Positions 25,071 through 39,240 are shown, counted from the stretch's first letter. The stretch is DNA of 64,000 nucleotides from Octopus sinensis (GCF_006345805.1 NC_043008.1:3286001-3350000); one strand, 5' to 3'. The notes: a model not told the origin generated them from the sequence alone. A program made the numbers and translations.

Positions 25071-28000
25071 CTCAGAAGTGGAAACAGTAACACATTATGC
25101 AACTTGCTTGAACTTACCTACTTTATTAATGTGTTAGCATAATTACAGATTATAGCAATTATTGTGATGGTATGACATTTAAATTTAAATAATTCCCATA
25201 AAATTACTATAATAATTATACACACGCCAGATAATACATGTACCCACAAACGTTCCTACATATCATTTAGAAATAAATATTGCTAATTTATATCCAAGAA
25301 AGGAACATTGTATATAATGAGAAATTAAAAACTTGGTGATAATCGGGGAGTAAACAAATTGCAATAATGTAATTATACAGAAAACTATTTAAACATTATG
25401 CAAATATTCTAGCTGCACACTAATTTGTGTTAATGGGTGTGTAGTATTTTACAGATGAAGAACAGCGAGCAATCTGCCCCTAAGATGTTGGAGATTGGAA
25501 GATATACACAACTATAGGGATTAAAGAAAACTATATACTTATTAAAACCCCAGCAATTCTTACAGGTATATATTTTAATATACGTATTTCTTATATATTA
25601 AATTTTACATAAATATTTTTTATATATCCTTTATATCGTTTATGTATTTATTTACTATTTAGGGTGGAGGGAGTGGAACAGTTCATAATCTTTTTTTTTT
25701 ATTTTTTGAAAGGGCAACGGCGAATTCTGATAAAGACAACGAGGGTGTTGGTGTTACACTGGGTACCACATTTGGCCTTCTGAAAACTTCAGATCGCTAG
25801 AGCGCCGGAACGAATAACACAAAGATTTTCTTCCGCCAATCATATATTTACACCAATCCACAGCCAGGACTGGTACTTTTATTTTCGACCCGTACATGAT
25901 ATACATAGCATTAAATTATTTTATACTTCGAATTTATCAACCAAAACACTGTTTTGCACACATATTTTGCATAGAAGAATGCATACCTGGTTCAATTCTG
26001 AATACATATAAACATGAATATCTTATAGTTTAGGTTAGCTTTGTCAAAATTGATCTGAAGTTAAAAAATAATAAGGATCGCATTATTTAGTGCACTGCAG
26101 TTAGATTTTAGCATCTACCTTTAATTCTATCACCTGCCTTTAGCTGTTACATGCTTTCCGACCAGTTCTCAATATTTTCTTTTCCTTTCATTAGTCTCTG
26201 AAGTTGTGTGAATGAGCCTGAACACCGAACATCCATCCTGAATAATATATTAAAACACTTTTTCAAGGTTTGTAGTACTTTATCATCCTGATACTTAAAT
26301 ATTTTAAACAAAATAAACATGAGAACACCTGTCGCTTGTATGTATCATAACAATACCTATGCTGCTTAAAGTGCCAAATACGAAGCCGCAATCTGGTTGC
26401 CAGATGCGCTACAAATAACAATCATACCATCATCAATCTATTAATTACTCTGTTAAGACGGGAAGAATACATTGGACAATGCAGAGCACGTTATGTACGT
26501 CGTCCTGGCAACAAAACTAAAAAATAGACTCGAACTTGAACATGTTTCCATAAAAGTGAGCGTAGACCTGGTCCATTAGGTTTGATCTGGAGACTACCCC
26601 CCACCACCACCAAAAAGACTCTGATTGACGCTATGAGAACATGTTATTTACATTGTACTTGATCCACGCTCTTATGTTTATATAGATTAACAGTTGTGTT
26701 CGTGTTTACGATCCAACGAACAGCTATCAACCTTGTTCCTGACTTACCAAAAATTGTAACTATTTTTCCTTAAATCCGATTCTATTCATTTAGGAAATAA
26801 AGACTCCCTGAAACAAAGTAATTCTTTCGATATAAAATGACGACATGGACATAATTGAAAGGCCATTGATCATAGATCTTTCGATCCGAGTCTGACCAAG
26901 ATTTAACTTGCAACAATAATATGGACATATCATGAGAAAGGCGATGGTTGTAGAATCAATACATCATTAGGAAAATAGATTAGATGCATTGAGTCATGTG
27001 TATGTAAATAATGGCTTTTAATCTCATCCTTGTATGGTTTAATGAACTTTGTAATTATTCAGGTCGATACATAATGAACAGTAATAACTCCCGAAATGCA
27101 TAATTTGTTGCAAAATATTTCGAGAATTATTAGAAATGTCCAGTGTAGATGTAATACAAAATCTGAAAGTAGAAATCCCCGTCATAGATAGGATGAGGAA
27201 GATAGGTTTACCATCAAGTAGCTTTAGATTTATTTTCATGGTGTGAACCTCGGACAAATATTTTATGTCAATCATTGTGAGTAGAATTGGAATGAGAGAG
27301 ACCATGATGTGGGTGCTCAATGTATTGAAGCTATACTACTCCTCTAAATAGTATACTGAACTTTTCCCGGTGAAGAACCTTAAACTGGTGACTGAGTACC
27401 TTTAATAAAATACCTTCTATCAGAACCAGTTTCCCGAGTTCTACAAAACGAGTTATGGGAACGAAAACCTGCCGTCACCTGACTAGGCTACAAAATGTGG
27501 GTAGCAGACATTTTATGGCAGTGATATTGCGGTCTTTTCATGTTTATCTATCTTTAAACCACTTTAAACTTTGAATTCAAATCCTAAACTTTTTAACTTG
27601 TAGGGAATATTTTTGAAAAATAGATAGAAGTAAAGAGACACAGGGTGGGATTTGAACTGGAAGCATAACGGACTTTCTCCAAAAATTAAATATGTATTTC
27701 TTTCGATGCTCAAACGCACATTTGATATCCATCTGTGATTTTTCACAACGACATTCTGCAAAATTATTTTTAAAAGCCATAAAAGGAATTTGTTTGACAT
27801 CTTATATTCTGAAATTGGATTAAATATATTTCAGTAAGAATCTATAACTGAGAAAATTCACAGAATGCTTCCCTTCATGAAAACTAACTCGAAGATTTTT
27901 CGATGTCAATAATGTCGAATTCTATATAAATACTTCTTCACCCTGGGGATGGCAAAGCTCTTCTTTACTGATAAAATCATCAATCATTATTTTGGATTTT

Positions 28001-28499
28001 CAAGGATTTCAGAGCAACGTTTCTTTGAAATTCTATATACAAGATATTTTTCCAATCTTTTATATTGGAATTATGCAATGGTTTCTGAAACAAAACAAAA
28101 CTTTACATAAATGGAATAAACGGACTTAAAACAATTATTTAGTTCAATTTAGAAAATAGGATATGTCCTACAACCATAAAATCAATTTCTTTTAATATTT
28201 TCTTTTGAATTCTTTAAAGATAAAGATAATAGAAATACAGATTCAACATATTATAAGAACAACAAAAAATATGCTGCTTTCACAAAATAGTTTGCTCTCT
28301 AAGAATCAATACACCAGCAGTTATTGATAAAACTTGAGTTCTAAAGAGATTTTGTGGTAGCTGCCACCACATATATATGTATGTATGCTTAACGATGTCC
28401 ATGCACAACTTAGTGTATGCCTGTATTTGTAGGTCTATATGCATAAAACTATGTGTGTGTCTATATGCATAAACACACACACATACACTCACACACGCA

Positions 28500-28720
<221 letters not shown>

Positions 28721-29499
28721 GTACACATTCAGTCACAGAATGCCACAAACAGAATTGCACATTGATATATGAATATATGTACGTATATACCTAAGTATGC
28801 GTGGAGATGTGTATGTGTGTAATATCATATGTACACATGTCACATAAATTGCTATAACCGGACTACGCAAACAAGACAAATGTTATACGAGCAGATTTAA
28901 GTACCAGCCATATATTAAAGAATAAGAGGAATGCCATGATGGTCTCTATTCCACTGAGGAAACAAATAACATGCATGTTCAGAAAGAACTGTTGTTGCTT
29001 TTGGTATTATTTAACCCCAGGATGGGTTCATCCATCAAACATATATACAGAAATGCGTCAACGCTGTGTGATTTTAAAAAAGCAGTGTGAGTGTTTTCTC
29101 ATAAATTTGGCTGGTATTTCTAGCAAATCAAATAAGAGTAAAAAAAAAAAGTTATGAGAGACTTCTCTGTTTCTATAAATTCCCTCATTAACTCAACAAC
29201 TTACTTAACTTCAAATCCCATAATATTGGCAGCGGTCACTAGGTCAAATAGACATAAACACGCAGTAATATCAAATGGTAGAGTCGATATGATATATGTA
29301 ATATAACTATATATATACACACACATATATGCATATATATATACGTGTATATATATATATATATACGTGTTATATATATATATATATATATAATATATAT
29401 ATATATATACATATATATATGCACATATATATAATATCAATATATAAATATATATTATATGTGTGTGTGTGTGTGTGTGTGTACATGTATATATTTATA

Positions 29500-30712
29500 T
29501 ACTGGGTTCGCAACTAAGTTCCCGCCGTTTCTTTAAACTTTGGAATTTATTGTGTTTTTAAATTTTGGAATCTACTTTTTTTCGAGAATTCTATTTTTGA
29601 ATCATTTTGGAATCTATTTTATTTTATTTTTCTAGTTAATTTTAGTTAATTTTTGTTTATTTTCAGGACATTAAAATGGAATGTCAAGTTAAGAAAGACG
29701 AGCATTTTGGACACCTCCTTCTTTTTCTTTTAATCAAGGTTCTAAGGCCGCAAAAGCTGTTCGAGACATTTATGCTGTGTACGGAGAGGGTGCCATAGCT
29801 GAAAGAGTCGCTCGTGTTTGGTATGCCAAGTTCAAAAATGGAAATTTTGATCTCAAAGACGTACCTCGATCTGGTCATCCAGTTGAGTTCGTTGAAGGGC
29901 AATTAAACTAACTTTTGCACGAAAATTCTCGTCAAACGACAAGGGAACTGGAAGAGAAAATGGAATGCTCCCACACTGCTATAGTGAAGCATCTTCACTC
30001 GGTAGGAAAGTTTCTGAAGTATGGAGCATGGGTTCCGCATGCTTTAAGTGACAACAACAAAAAAATCAACGAGCCACAATCTCCGCTTGTTTGCTTGCTC
30101 GTCACCGCTCAACTGATGGACACAAGCAAGGATTTCTTTACCGAATCGTTACTGGCGACGGAAAATGGTGCCTGTACACCAATTTGAAGCAGCGTAAGGA
30201 ATGGCTTAGCCCCGGTAAACAAGCGACACCGCACGTGAAACAAGATCTCCATCCGCTTAAAACGATGTTGTGCGTATGGTGGGACTGGGAACGGATTATC
30301 CATTACGAATGGCTGGATCGGAGCCAAACCGTCAACGCGAAGCTCTATGTTCAACAGATGGAACGACTCAACACGGCTGTTTAATAGAAAATACCTAATC
30401 GGCAGCATGGAGTTCTTCCGCTGCACGACACTGCCCGCCCTCATATCGTCAATATGAACACAGAATGCATTGAAACGAATGGCTGAGACGTGCTGCAACA
30501 CTCGCCGTACTCTCCTGATTTGACACCAACGAATTTCCATCTCTTTCGATCTCTTTCAAATACCTCCGTTCACTACTGATGCAGAATTGAGAGCTTGGTT
30601 GGATGAATTTTACGAGTCGAATTCGAGTGATTTTTACCAACGAGGTATTGAAAATATTGTTGAACGCTGGAAAGAAGTTGTAAACAACAAGGGTTAATAC
30701 ATTATTGAATGA
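29500..30712 (+). mobile_element. Mariner (Mos1-like) DNA transposon; transposase pseudogene 29676-30712; 3' TIR missing
   Basis: TA then TIR-like CTGGGTTCGCAACTAAGTTCCCGCC. Protein motifs WYAKFKNGNFDLKD.PRSG.P, WVPHAL, IVTGDGKW, HDTARPH, YSPDLTPTNFHLF. Several stops and frameshifts. Confidence 0.93.
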
Positions 30713-30749
30713 TCTATAAGGGGGGGTTTATGTATTATGTTATCATTAC

Positions 30750-31312
30750 TTCTGCCACTATATTTCAAGATGATAGCTTATCTCCATTACTATTTGTATT
30801 GGCCATGACACCACTCAGTCTGATAAAACGATATGTTAAAATAGCTTATGTTTTGGGAAAAAGATATGGCCAGATAAATCATTTCCTATTTATCGAGGAT
30901 AGAAAGCTTTGTGCGGAAAATGAGATGCAGTTTGAAAGTCTTGTACATACTGTTCGCATTTTCTCAAATAATGTAAGTATGCAATTTGGGATTGATCAAT
31001 GCGCCATATTTATAATGAAACTAGGAAGAGTTGAAGGAAGCCAGGGAATTGAAATGCCAAATAGGCAAACAATGAAAGCAGTTGAGAAAAGACAGTGCTC
31101 TAAGTATTTGGCAATATTGCAGGCAGACGAAATAAAATATGAAAGCAAATTACCAGAAGGGAGGATACAAGGAGAAACATATTAGAGTCAAAGTTGAATT
31201 TTTAAAAAATATTGAAGCAATAAATGCAAAAGCAATACTAGTAATCAGATACGGAGTTAGAATTGTAGACTGGGCCAAAAGCGACAGACAGAAACTGAAC
31301 AGAAAAAAAATC
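30750..31312 (+). mobile_element. R4/Dong-clade non-LTR retrotransposon RT fragment (pseudogene)
   Basis: IFQDDSLSPLLFVLAM (QGDSLSP motif), INHFLFIEDRKL (F/YMDDLKL motif), FGIDQCA, KYLAILQAD, AINAKA..IRYG..IVDW. Confidence 0.8.
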
Positions 31313-31314
31313 TA

Positions 31315-33310
31315 AAGAGCACACATCCTGCGTAAAGTACTTTCAATACCAGACAAAGGAAAACTACCTTTCCTTCCACGCCAAAGGAAGGTGGTGTAGC
31401 AATCTACACAATGGATTCGGCTGATAACTGAATCCGTCGTACACGTGTCAACAGCTGTTCGACAAAGCACAAAGTCAGTAATGCCCGGTCACTGGAAAAA
31501 GTTCCTCTCGAACAGGTCCGTCTAACAGCACTTGCATGTCTGTAGAGCTTGTCACGAACCGGTACATCTCTCAGTTTATCGATCCCTTCCGAGGCACAGA
31601 GTTTCTCCTAGGACATCGTCACTCTTCTCCACCTGTAATTCTCTATAGTGGAACTTCCGCCGACATCATTGTCCGACTTGGAGAAAGCTGCAAGCGCTTG
31701 CCGACACTACAGGTGCCAAGCGCCCTTTGTTGACCTACGCTTGATCCAGGACTGTAGCTCCGTCAACGAGACGATTTGCGGAAACTTCTGTCTGACAAAC
31801 GGTGACCACTCCCTCTAACCGTTAAGAAAACGTTGTAGATGTCGCAGGCTTAGTGCGTGTCTGCGCATAATTAACTACGGCATGGCCAATCCTCCACTCA
31901 GCGGTTGTTGAGAGCAGATGGACTGTCTGACGACTAGAACATGTCCCCTCCACAGAAATTGGAAGAACAAGCGCTACAACTTGATCGGCTACCAAATGTG
32001 ACAAGGGACGATGCTCAGGTGATAGTAGATGACGGAAGAGATGTGCTCATTCACCAACGCACCATCCTTCAGGGATAACTTCTCTGCCCATTTTTGGGTG
32101 AGACTGACCACTCTGCAGGTCACCTTCTCCTCTTCTTGTTCATATAAAGGTGTGGAACAACAAAACCCTGAACGATTTAAGCGACCCTTCAGTTCAGTGC
32201 CCTGCAATGTTGTCGGTTTTCATGAAGTTGCCTCTCCAAGTGCTGTGCAGCAAGCTCCCCCCCCGATTTGTCCCGATGAATTTTTCTCCTGCCACGCTTC
32301 GACCCCCCCCCCTTAAAATAGTAATGATCACCTCAATTTCCGAGTTGTCCGACGAAATTACGGTCTCGACGTCCACATAAACGTATACGAACATTCCGCT
32401 CCCTAGTTCACGCGGGATACCCCTCAAAATATCCAACATCCTTAATAATGGCTCCAAAGCCAGCAATTACAGAAGGGCTGAGAGTGGGCATCATAGGGTG
32501 ATCGAACGGGCGATGCCAAGTGATTCTGGTAGGTGGTCATTTACTTTGACCACCGAACAGCTGTCGCTGTACATTACAGGGATCAAGCCTGTGAAAACAG
32601 CACTGAAATCCGACCTCCGCGGGGAGAACCTCCTAGTATTAATATTCAACTATGTGAAAAGCCCTTAATTGATCCAAACTGATCAGGGCACCAACCATGT
32701 CATGTTCCTTTCCAACTCTTTCGATGATGTAGCGCATGAGGTGGAGGTTGTCGTGGATAGCTCTGCTCAGAATAGTGCATGTCAGAGCGTTACCGACCAG
32801 TTTATCGGCAACGATTCCAACCTCTTGGCTCAGACCTTGTGCAAAATCTTACCACTTGCATTCAGCAGAGTTATGGGCCTAAAATTATCGCTGTTTGTGT
32901 CTTTTCTCAGCAGCACCAGCACGCCACGGCTTAGAGCACTGACTATTCTCTCGTTCTGCTGCCGGTTGCGTCAGACATCCACCATTCGATCCCCGAGCAA
33001 GTCTGACATACAAAAACAAAGTTCGAAGTGCAGACAATCCAACCCGGACGGCTTCATTTTGCAGCTCGTCATCGCGTCCTTCATGTCTTCGGCTGTTATC
33101 AGCATTTCGCAGAACTCCGCATCCCTGGATGAAAGATGCGGCAACCTGCCAACGTAGGAGGGGTAATCCAGTCCCGTCCGCGAACCACTGCAAGTCGCAT
33201 ACAGCTTGGCAAAATGCCGCTAAAACTCCGTACACATCTCCCAGCGGATCAACGACCGAATTGAGGCTACGTTGCCATGTTGCATATCTGCCCATCGAGT
33301 GGTTTCCTCC
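31315..33310 (-). mobile_element. Tx1/L1-type LINE ORF2 remnant (RT through C-terminal Cys region)
   Basis: Minus strand with frameshifts: KPSGLD, DNFRPITLLNASGKILCKV, IHDNLHLMRYII, CPLSALL..LALEPLL, degenerate YADD, VVSLTQKWAE.KLSL, PVRDKLYRH, AESIV*IATPPSF. Confidence 0.88.
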
Positions 33311-33314
33311 TTTC

Positions 33315-33662
33315 GAACAGGGAGGAGGAAGAGGAGGTGAAAGGCGGAGTTCGAGGAGGAGGGGGAGGAGGAGGACAGAGGAAGGGGGAGAGGCCAGAGG
33401 AAGGAGGCAAACAGAGGAAGGAGGCAGACAAAAGAAGGAGAGGAGAAAAGAGGAAAAAGGAAGGAGGAGTTCGAGGAAGGGGATGTGTTGAGTAGGAGGG
33501 GAGGAGGAAGAGGACAGAGGAAGGAGAGGAGACAAGGGGAAGGAGAGGAGACAAGAGGAAGGAGAGGAGACAAGAGGAAGGAGAGGAGACAAGAGGAAGG
33601 AGGAGTTCGAGGAGGAGAAGGTGTGGGGGAGAAGGTGAAAGTGGAAGTGGAGGGGGACGAGG
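33315..33662 (+). repeat. Polypurine compound minisatellite (GAGGAAGGAGAGGAGACAA-like units)
   Basis: Almost purely A/G on the + strand, with ~19-bp units and three GGAGTTCGAGGA motifs. Confidence 0.9.
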
Positions 33663-34572
33663 AAAACCTAAACCGAGTGAAAAATCAACAGAAGCAATAC
33701 GCCGTTGGATGAGTAATTACAATTTCTTGCTTTTTTAACTAAAATCAATGAGTAGATGTTTACATGTGTGTGTTTGGGTGTGTGTGTGTGCGCGTGCGTG
33801 TGTGTGTGTGTGCGCGTGTGTGTGTGTGTGTGATTTAACAATGTAGACAAGGAATGCGTACGAATTTAAAAGTAGGCTACGAGAGAGATAATTTGCACTG
33901 AACACATATTTCTTGTGTGTCTTGTAAAGCCAGATTTAATTGTAAAAAATTGTTCTTTCATTATAAATATTTATAAGCAATATTTTGTCATATATTTGTA
34001 AATAGAGAAAATAAATGAAACGCAAAATCATTGATTATTATAATTGTTTTACGTTTTTTTAATTTCATTTCTATCTGGGAAATGCAATTTCCAAAGTGAA
34101 ACGATCGTTTTAGAATAGAATATGGCAAATACTTATTAGTGGCCGGCAAATGTTTCCAATACCTAAAAACAAATATTGCGTCAAATATTCTAAGAATTAA
34201 ATTGAAATGATTTAAATGCATCATAAATTGAATTTATTTTGTTGTAGATATTTGATAGTTTCATTATGTTGAAATAGCACGGGTATTTAGTACAATCTCA
34301 AAGAAATTTGTTTGCAATTAATTATTTTATTCAATTTGTGGAAGAAAGAAGGAAAAATAAACAGAGTTTCCATTTCAAATGAAACAAAATAAAGACATTT
34401 TTATCGTACGGATGTGGAAATACCAAAACAAACAAACGCAGACATTCAAGTGTATATAGAGAGTTCATGTTCATTGTTATGCATTGATGTATATATATAT
34501 ATAAAGAGAGAGAGAGAGAAAGAGAGACAGGCAGACAGAAGACAGAGATAAAGTGAAAGAAAGTATATATAT

Positions 34573-34770
34573 ATCGTTGTAATTAGGAATGGTCATTTTG
34601 CCAGTTCACTTCCGCAGTTTACAGCAGTGCTTGGAAAGAAGATATGTAGTGTGTGATCGTCGCATTGAAGATGACAAAGAAAATTGAGAAGAGGAACTGA
34701 ATCAAATTTTGCCAAAATTTTGGCGATGCCTACTCAGAGGCCTGCACAAAGGTTTCAAAAAGTTTTCATC
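34573..34770 (+). mobile_element. Mariner 5' fragment (second family), left arm of a fold-back
   Basis: MTKKIEKRN*IKFCQNFGDAYSEAC resembles a mariner transposase N-terminus. The 5' UTR is homologous to the minus-strand arm. Confidence 0.6.
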
Positions 34771-35300
34771 GTTCTCGTCACGATCAAGACCTTGTGCAAC
34801 TGAAACCCAAGTGTCTGTTTGGTCGGCTGAAAGCAGCTCTGGGCCTCATACCCAAAATCTTCAGAAATAATGGACTGAATAGAATCGTAACTAATCTGCA
34901 CATCCTCTGGTAACTCACGGATGGTGATTCGACGATTTCCCCTCACAGCTGCCTGTTGCGGGTCTCCCAGAACGTTCGTCAATATTAACATATATTTCGG
35001 CAATACTGGAAGCGTCCGAACAACTCGTACACTTGTGTGCGGCTCATACACTCCTCACCATACACATTCTGCAACTTTGCTTAGGTCTCTGACCAGTTAT
35101 TGCCTTGATAACTTTATCTGTCAATGCAAGGATGACACGCGACAGATTTCCCTCCCAAACGCTGCTGTCAACAGCGGAAATGAGCTAGAACGTTAAAATT
35201 TTGTGCAGAGTTCAATGTCAACCTTTGCTAAGCGGCTTTCCTCTGCATGCTTTAGACTCGTTACTATAACAACAGGCCGGATACTTATCGATCAGACCTC
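34755..35300 (-). mobile_element. Mariner 5' fragment (TIR to start of catalytic domain), right arm of a fold-back
   Basis: TIR-like GAGGTCTGATCGATAAGTATCCGGCC abutting (TA)n. Peptides LQNVYGEECMSRTQVYE, VRGNRRITIREL.EDVQISY, ENDENFLK. Confidence 0.78.
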
Positions 35301-35304
35301 TTAT

Positions 35305-35465
<161 letters not shown>

Positions 35466-36398
35466 CTTGCTGGAACGCTGAAATCTACAAGTTTTCTTTT
35501 CCTTCTCTCTTTATTTTCTCATATTCCTTTCTGTTAAAGAGTATTGGCTCGAAACATAAAAACCTTTTTCATATGTATACTTTCATTGTGCATATTAAAG
35601 AGTTGCGCACTTATGCCAATGCAATCGACTTACTCCCTTCCCTAATCTTGCTGGTCTTGGGCCAACATTTGAAACGAATTTTATTATTATCATTGTTCTC
35701 CTTCTGCTTGTTGTTGATTGTTGTTCGTTATTGTTGTTATGAAAATTGTTTTTAGAGAAAATAGATTTATATGTTAAATGAGAAAAACATTTCGATATGT
35801 GCATCGGGATAAAAGATACATGAGAGAATCGTAAAACTGAGGCAGCACTGATTAGATCTTTAATGAGTCGTATGGAAATTTCCTTCCCGATATATTTCTC
35901 AGTCGAGACTATTATTGCAGTTAATTAACCTAATATCATATTTTATCATATACTTCCTGATATAACTTGCTTTTTCTTCCTATTTTCCGCTAGTCGAAGA
36001 ATTTACGTTACGTTTCTCTTATTTGAACTCTTCATGTGCTTTCATTTGGGAGGACAGAAAAAATTATACAGACTTCAATAATATTAAACAAGGACTGAAA
36101 ATTTGAATTCCGTTAATGTTTTGTATTCTGTTTTGTACTCATAAAAATCATTTTCATCTACTCGTTTGAAATGATTAGCAATCAGAAACGAAATATTTCT
36201 TCTTGTATTTGTCTCCATATTGTTAGCGTTTCTTCGTAAGTGAGGGATCAGGTTATTTTTTGCCTTAGATGTTTAATTAATTATTAAAAGATTTGTTTTG
36301 TTTTGTTATTTTTTCGTAGATGTTTTAGTTCTTTAAGTAATGTGATTCTTCAAGTAATCTACACACCGTATATTTTGGCATGCAATGACAAGCACTGT

Positions 36399-36600
36399 CT
36401 AGCTTATTACCTTTGCAAGATTATTTTCTTTGCAGTAGATATCAGATGGAATACTGTCATTGTCCTTAATTATCAGAATATCAAACAACAGAAAGTCCGT
36501 CTGAAGCATTATTATTCTGATTTTTATCGATTCATGGACGTTTTTGATTAATTTATTAAAGCCTCGAATGTCTCTGTTACTTCCTTTTAAAAGTGTGAAA
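36399..36600 (-). mobile_element. Penelope-like element RT fragment
   Basis: FNKLIKNVHESIKI...LLFDILIIKDNDSIPSDIYCK resembles the PLE RT thumb motif (LPFLDILI..TDIYYK). Confidence 0.6.
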
Positions 36601-37267
36601 TATCGAATAATATTTCCCAATGTTCTCTTAAATAAACTTTGAAGCTCATATAAATTATACTAATGATCGGATTCTTTCCCTAAAGAATCCAATCACTCGT
36701 GTTCCAAACAGGGGTAGGCATTACCGTCCGTCTACATTAATGGAACTTAATGATTTATTTTACAAAACGACGTAATTATTTGAAGCGTTTTTCATAATCC
36801 AACGATTAATTAGTTTGGAAATCTATCGTAAATTAAGCGTGAAGATTTGTTTGTCCACAATTTCATCGCCATCAATACTAATTGATGCAATTTATGGGAG
36901 TAGAGGCAAATGAAAAATGAAAAAATATAAAATAGCCAGAGCCGCCACTGAATTTACTCACTGGATTATACTTGAAAAAGATCATGTCGTCTCGGATGAA
37001 ATTTGGAAAGTGTTTGCATATTTCTTTGAATATTTTTTTCCGGTTTACAACTAAACAATTGGGCGCTTGATGTTGGCCCTGGAATATTTGGACATAATTT
37101 TAAATCGGTTTCGAAATTTAATAGTCTATGGAGTTCGTTTCAATTGCTCGGCATTTAAAATTTTTATACAAATTTTGACAACTTAATTTTTCTATGACTG
37201 GCGGTAACTTTCTAGCGTACATAGAAAAGCTTCTTCAAAATGTCCAGAACAATTGCATACGACTCTT

Positions 37268-37337
<70 letters not shown>
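37268..37337. repeat. (CT)n microsatellite
   Basis: Directly visible. Confidence 0.95.
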
Positions 37338-37357
<20 letters not shown>

Positions 37358-37510
37358 TACCGTATCGTAATACATACATATAAATATATAGCTGAGTGTG
37401 TTTGTGCGTTCGCGTGTTTATGTATGCTGCAAGTATGTGTATGCGCGTGTGTGTGTATGCATATATATATGTGTATGTGTATATATATATACATATATAT
37501 ATATACATAC

Positions 37511-37544
<34 letters not shown>

Positions 37545-37879
37545 GTATATATATATAAGAGGGTGGCTAGACACAATTTAAAACCAAAAAGGAAATAATT
37601 CACAGTCACTAAAAGTGCCTAAGAGTGCAGGGAGCACCAGCATTGCTAGAAATAAGAGCTCTATGTAATGACACACGAGACAAAACTCCCCAAAGCAAGC
37701 GACAGTATCAGATTACCACTCTAATTTCGCATGAAATTAATGTTCATTAATGATACTTACTCCATTGCTGGTGGTGAAGTTAATAGTCCACTGGTCTGTA
37801 TTTATAGAATTTACCATAGAAATCAATGACTGATTCAGCAAAATGGTTATGTGAAAATTAGAAAGTAATTAGGTGGCTA

Positions 37880-37911
<32 letters not shown>

Positions 37912-39240
37912 ACACACACACACACACACAAACACAAACACACACCACATACACACACACATACACACACATACATTGCTCACGTGCTCGAAAGTTTTCC
38001 TACGCACATAAGGGAAGAGTAAATATATGATATATTCATTACAGTTCCACCTACATTTTATTAACCAGGTGCCAATATATCTCTTCATGGACGTCCCTCA
38101 GGTGGTGGTTGCTTAATCTTGTTACCATTTAATTTACTATAAAGGATATAATTGCGTTTGGTATTGCGATAAACAAACCTCTCTTTTCGTGAATCTTTAC
38201 ATTAAGTGGGGTTCAATTACTTTCTGTGTAATTTAAAAAATTACGTCATTGTATCTAGATCTCATTTTGTTGAGAACGAAATATTTCTTCCGATATTGTG
38301 TCTGTTCAAGGTAACAGTGCCATTATCTTTCGGATACCAAATATATGTTGAGAATGATGTAAAACTGTGTACTAGTATAAAATTAGGTTTAGACTGCTAG
38401 TCCTCACTCCGTAAATTATCTTTCCACATTCAGATATATCAATTATAGTCTTGAATCTGTAGCGTAATGAATTAGATGTTTGTCTATGTATAAATTAACG
38501 AGTTTATAATACAATTTGATTTAACATTGCAGCTGTATTTCCTTATAATATGGATTGCAAAACATTGCTAGGCAGGTGTATGCGTACAACTCTACTTTAG
38601 AAATATATACGTAAACATTGTTTCGGTTCCTGGATTGTTCATATGGCTTTGTCGAGTATCTGTAGCGCACCTTTATATATTTTGCTTCAATAGATCGGAA
38701 TAATTGATTTTCGTGATAAAATGCTTTATAATTAAGTTTAGGAAACCATTAGCAATATTGGATTTCGCATCGAAGATGTATGAGGGTTAAACCAGCATTA
38801 TGGTTGTTGAGCATTGATTTCTGATAGTGTAAACCTCAAATCTCTAATCAAATAGTTCATACCTTGCACATTTGGTCCTGTAGTTAATACAAAACTATAT
38901 TATCTATTGTAACCCTTTATTCAGAAAAGAAAATGTGGTACTTGCTGATCTGACAGAGATTTGATAGCTGAACATAAAATGAGGCTGCACTATGGCTGTT
39001 CCTCGAAAGCCCTACTCACGGAAAACTTTATTCCGAAGTGATGTAATATTCTTATCAGCTCAGAAAAATTACATTTGTATTATTCTATGGCTAAACTAAA
39101 TAACTCGAATTTGAGTGTGTTTATATTGTGGATAGATTATATAAAAATATTTCATTGACTATATGAATACTATATCAACTTCAGAGTAATAATACCTTAT
39201 AAAAACAAGCTACGGCTTTAGGATATATATATATATATAT

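Noticed and set aside
26350-27330. Faint CR1-like RT resemblance on the minus strand (..IKYLSEV.., ..NRVINR..)
   Set aside because: Motifs are too degenerate to support by eye and need an HMM search.
29205-29238. 34-nt minus-strand exon candidate (VTAANIMGFEV) with GTAAGT donor
   Set aside because: It is not phase-compatible with the other candidate exons without giving an early stop, and such splice signals are common by chance.
30490-30545. Third catalytic Asp replaced by Asn (PTNFHLF), as in domesticated SETMAR
   Set aside because: The ORF has several stops and frameshifts, and the second copy has a different residue, so this is random decay.
32885-33592. 235-aa minus-strand ORF, the longest in the track
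   Set aside because: The first half is the polypurine repeat read antisense and the second half is an off-frame reading of the Tx1 remnant.
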